From NCBI GenBank assembly GCA_037443365.1, contig JBBIOM010000018.1:1-36425 (forward strand): DNA of 36,425 nucleotides, written 5' to 3'. This document shows positions 34,618 through 36,425 of the stretch, one piece after another. The position numbers were made by a program, and so were the translations under genes. This DNA is from Armatimonadota bacterium. Its GTDB lineage: Bacteria > Sysuimicrobiota > Sysuimicrobiia > Sysuimicrobiales > Humicultoraceae. The notes below the pieces were generated by a model, which was given only the letters and a program-made list of their open reading frames with translations, searched no databases and was not told the DNA's origin. How positions within the stretch are numbered: the first letter of the stretch is position 1; each line of letters starts with the position of its first letter.

Positions 34618-36425
34618 TCAGTCGGCACGCTCCAGCGGAGCGTAGCACAGCGCCAGGCGCCGGACCGCGCCGGAGAACCGGACGGTAACGATGGCCCCTT
34701 CGCCTTCTCCCTCCGTCTCGAGCACCTCGCCCTCGCCGAACTTGGCGTGCCGGACGCGCATCCCCGCCTCGAAGCGCTGGGGCGGACGCACTGCGTCCGG
34801 GCGCTGCGTGCTCGGACGGCTCTGGCCTCCCCCTGGAGGCGCGGCACGCCCTGGACCGGCCTGCGCCGGCCACCCGGCGAACGAACGCGCGACCCCCTCG
34901 GTCAGCTCGGGCGGCACCTCCTCCAGGAAGCGCGACGGCACCGTCAGGTTGGGCGCGCCGAACGTGGCGCGCGTGCGCGCGTGCGTCAGGTACAACCGTG
35001 CCTTGGCCCGCGTGAACCCCACGTAGCAGAGGCGCCGCTCCTCGTCCAGGCCGCCTTCCTCGTCGAGTGAGCGGATGTGCGGGCAGAGTCCCTCCTCCAG
35101 ACCGGTGACGAATACGGCCGGGAACTCGAGACCCTTGGCGCTGTGCAGCGTCATCAAGACGACGCGGTCCAGGTCGTCCCGCAGGGTATCCACGTCGGCC
35201 ACCAGAGCCAGGTGCTGCAGGAACGCGGCCAGGCCGGGATCGCCCAGGGAATCCTCGAGCTCGCGCGCGACGGTTACGAGCTCGCGCAGGTTCTCGAGCC
35301 GGCTGGCCGCCTCCTCGGTGCCCTCGGCCTGCAGCATCGCCTGGAAGCCCGTCTCGACTATCGCGCGGGCGATGACCTCGGCCGCCGGGAGGCGGGCCGC
35401 GGCATCGCTCAACCCGGCGATCAGGCCGGCGAACCCCTCGAGGGCGCGGGATGAGGCGCGCGGCAGGCCCTCGGTGATCTCGGGGCGCCGCATCGCCTCC
35501 AGCGTCGTGCACCCGGCGGACCGTGCGGCGGCCTCGATGCGCGCCAGGGAGACGTCCCCAATCCCCCGCCGCGGGACCGCGAGCGCGCGGCGCAGGCTCA
35601 CCTCGTCCCAGGGTGCCACGGCCAGGCGAAGGTAGGCCAGGATGTCCTTGATCTCCCGGCGCTCGTAGAAGCGCACGCCGCCCACTATCTGGTAGGCGAT
35701 CCCGGCCCGCAGGAGCTCCTCCTCCAGCACGCGCGACTGCGCGTTGGTGCGGTACAGCACCGCCACATCGCGCAGCCGCAGACCCTGCGCGGTCAGGGCG
35801 CGGATCTCGCCGGCCACGAACCGCGCCTCGTCGCCGGCGTCGAACGCATCGTAGACCCGTACTGCCTGGCCCTTCTGGTTGCCGGTCCACAGCTCCTTGG
35901 GATGGCGGTGGGGGTTGTGCTGGATCACCGCATGCGCGGCGGCGAGGATTGTCTTGGTCGAGCGGTAGTTCTGCGTGAGCGTCACCACCCTGGCGTCGGG
36001 GTAGTCGCGCTCGAACTCCAGGATGTTGCGGACGTCGGCGCCGCGCCAGCGGTAGATTGAGTTGTGCACCAGCACGCCGTTGGCCACGTAGTTCCGCAGA
36101 TCGCGCACGTCGAGGTCGAAGACGGGCCCTTCGTATTGCCCCATGGTCCGGCTCCTCACCTCGTCCTCCACCACGCGCCCGTCCGCCACGACTGCCAGCC
36201 GCATGCCCGGGTGGAGATGCCCGACCGGCAAAACGAGGTGGACCGGCTGTGACCTCGATGCCGGTTGCCCTGTGGTCGCTGCAGCGCCCACAACACGGGC
36301 GCGCAGCACAGGATCTCCCTCCACCATAGCCGCGAGGTGTCGCGCCATGTGCCACCCGGCGTCGTAGTCACGGCCATCGCCGAACATCGTGAAGTGCACG
36401 AGCCGTCGGGTCGTCTGGCCCCGAA
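34618..36425 (-). CDS. pcrA: ATP-dependent DNA helicase PcrA/UvrD, intein-containing, 5' part outside the window
   Basis: SIYRWRGA (motif III), NYRS (IV), LYRTNAQSR, FYERREIKD, MTLHSAKGLEF (V), EERRLCYVGFTRA (VI), Tudor-like CTD RVRHAKFGEG; frame open to the window edge. Confidence 0.95.
   Translation of the reverse strand, partial: RGQTTRRLVHFTMFGDGRDYDAGWHMARHLAAMVEGDPVLRARVVGAAATTGQPASRSQPVHLVLPVGHLHPGMRLAVVADGRVVEDEVRSRTMGQYEGPVFDLDVRDLRNYVANGVLVHNSIYRWRGADVRNILEFERDYPDARVVTLTQNYRSTKTILAAAHAVIQHNPHRHPKELWTGNQKGQAVRVYDAFDAGDEARFVAGEIRALTAQGLRLRDVAVLYRTNAQSRVLEEELLRAGIAYQIVGGVRFYERREIKDILAYLRLAVAPWDEVSLRRALAVPRRGIGDVSLARIEAAARSAGCTTLEAMRRPEITEGLPRASSRALEGFAGLIAGLSDAAARLPAAEVIARAIVETGFQAMLQAEGTEEAASRLENLRELVTVARELEDSLGDPGLAAFLQHLALVADVDTLRDDLDRVVLMTLHSAKGLEFPAVFVTGLEEGLCPHIRSLDEEGGLDEERRLCYVGFTRAKARLYLTHARTRATFGAPNLTVPSRFLEEVPPELTEGVARSFAGWPAQAGPGRAAPPGGGQSRPSTQRPDAVRPPQRFEAGMRVRHAKFGEGEVLETEGEGEGAIVTVRFSGAVRRLALCYAPLERAD
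36061..36425 (-). mobile_element. Intein, C-terminal part, inserted in PcrA motif III
   Basis: Block F/G VFDLDVRDLRNYVANGVLVHN followed by extein Ser+1 (SIYRWRG); upstream sequence is not helicase-like where GDxxQ is expected. Confidence 0.93.

Noticed and set aside
32771-36355. 1194-aa ORF that looks like a giant binding-protein fusion
   Set aside because: The first ~613 codons are an Arg/Gly/Pro-rich alternative frame over pcrA; the real SBP starts at ATG 34516 with its own SD, signal peptide and promoter
1-36425. CRISPR arrays, IS elements, rRNA, known riboswitches or T-box
   Set aside because: No regularly spaced repeats, transposase motifs or recognisable aptamer consensus seen by eye; intergenic gaps are all under about 240 bp; an Rfam scan was not possible

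Overview
High-GC bacterial chromosomal segment in which all supported genes lie on the minus strand. Read in transcription order (high to low coordinates) it contains: the 3' part of pcrA/uvrD carrying the C-terminal end of an intein at helicase motif III; a ~16.4 kb block of Opp/Dpp-family peptide ABC transporter genes (4 binding proteins, 3 permease pairs, 1 ATPase pair) with an embedded excisionase-like (HTH_17) regulator and an unknown membrane-anchored protein; gatCAB; a full-length RlmD/RlmCD-like protein that has lost all its SAM-binding and catalytic motifs but kept the TRAM region and Fe-S cysteines (candidate pseudoenzyme); dnaE; a DUF881-like gene; tRNA-Leu(CAA); and a catabolic cluster (NylC/DmpA-like S58 peptidase, TIM-barrel epimerase, two more ATPase-less Dpp cassettes, M20 peptidase, truncated). 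The most notable observations are the apparently dead RlmD homolog, the PcrA intein, a recurring GGWGGGGAC hairpin between binding-protein and permease genes, Gln at +1 after the predicted signal peptide in all six binding proteins, and substitution of the conserved RR pair in the DnaE fingers. Non-lipidated binding proteins suggest a diderm host; an Armatimonadota/CSP1-3-like Terrabacteria lineage is my guess only. Family calls are by motif recognition; no searches were run.
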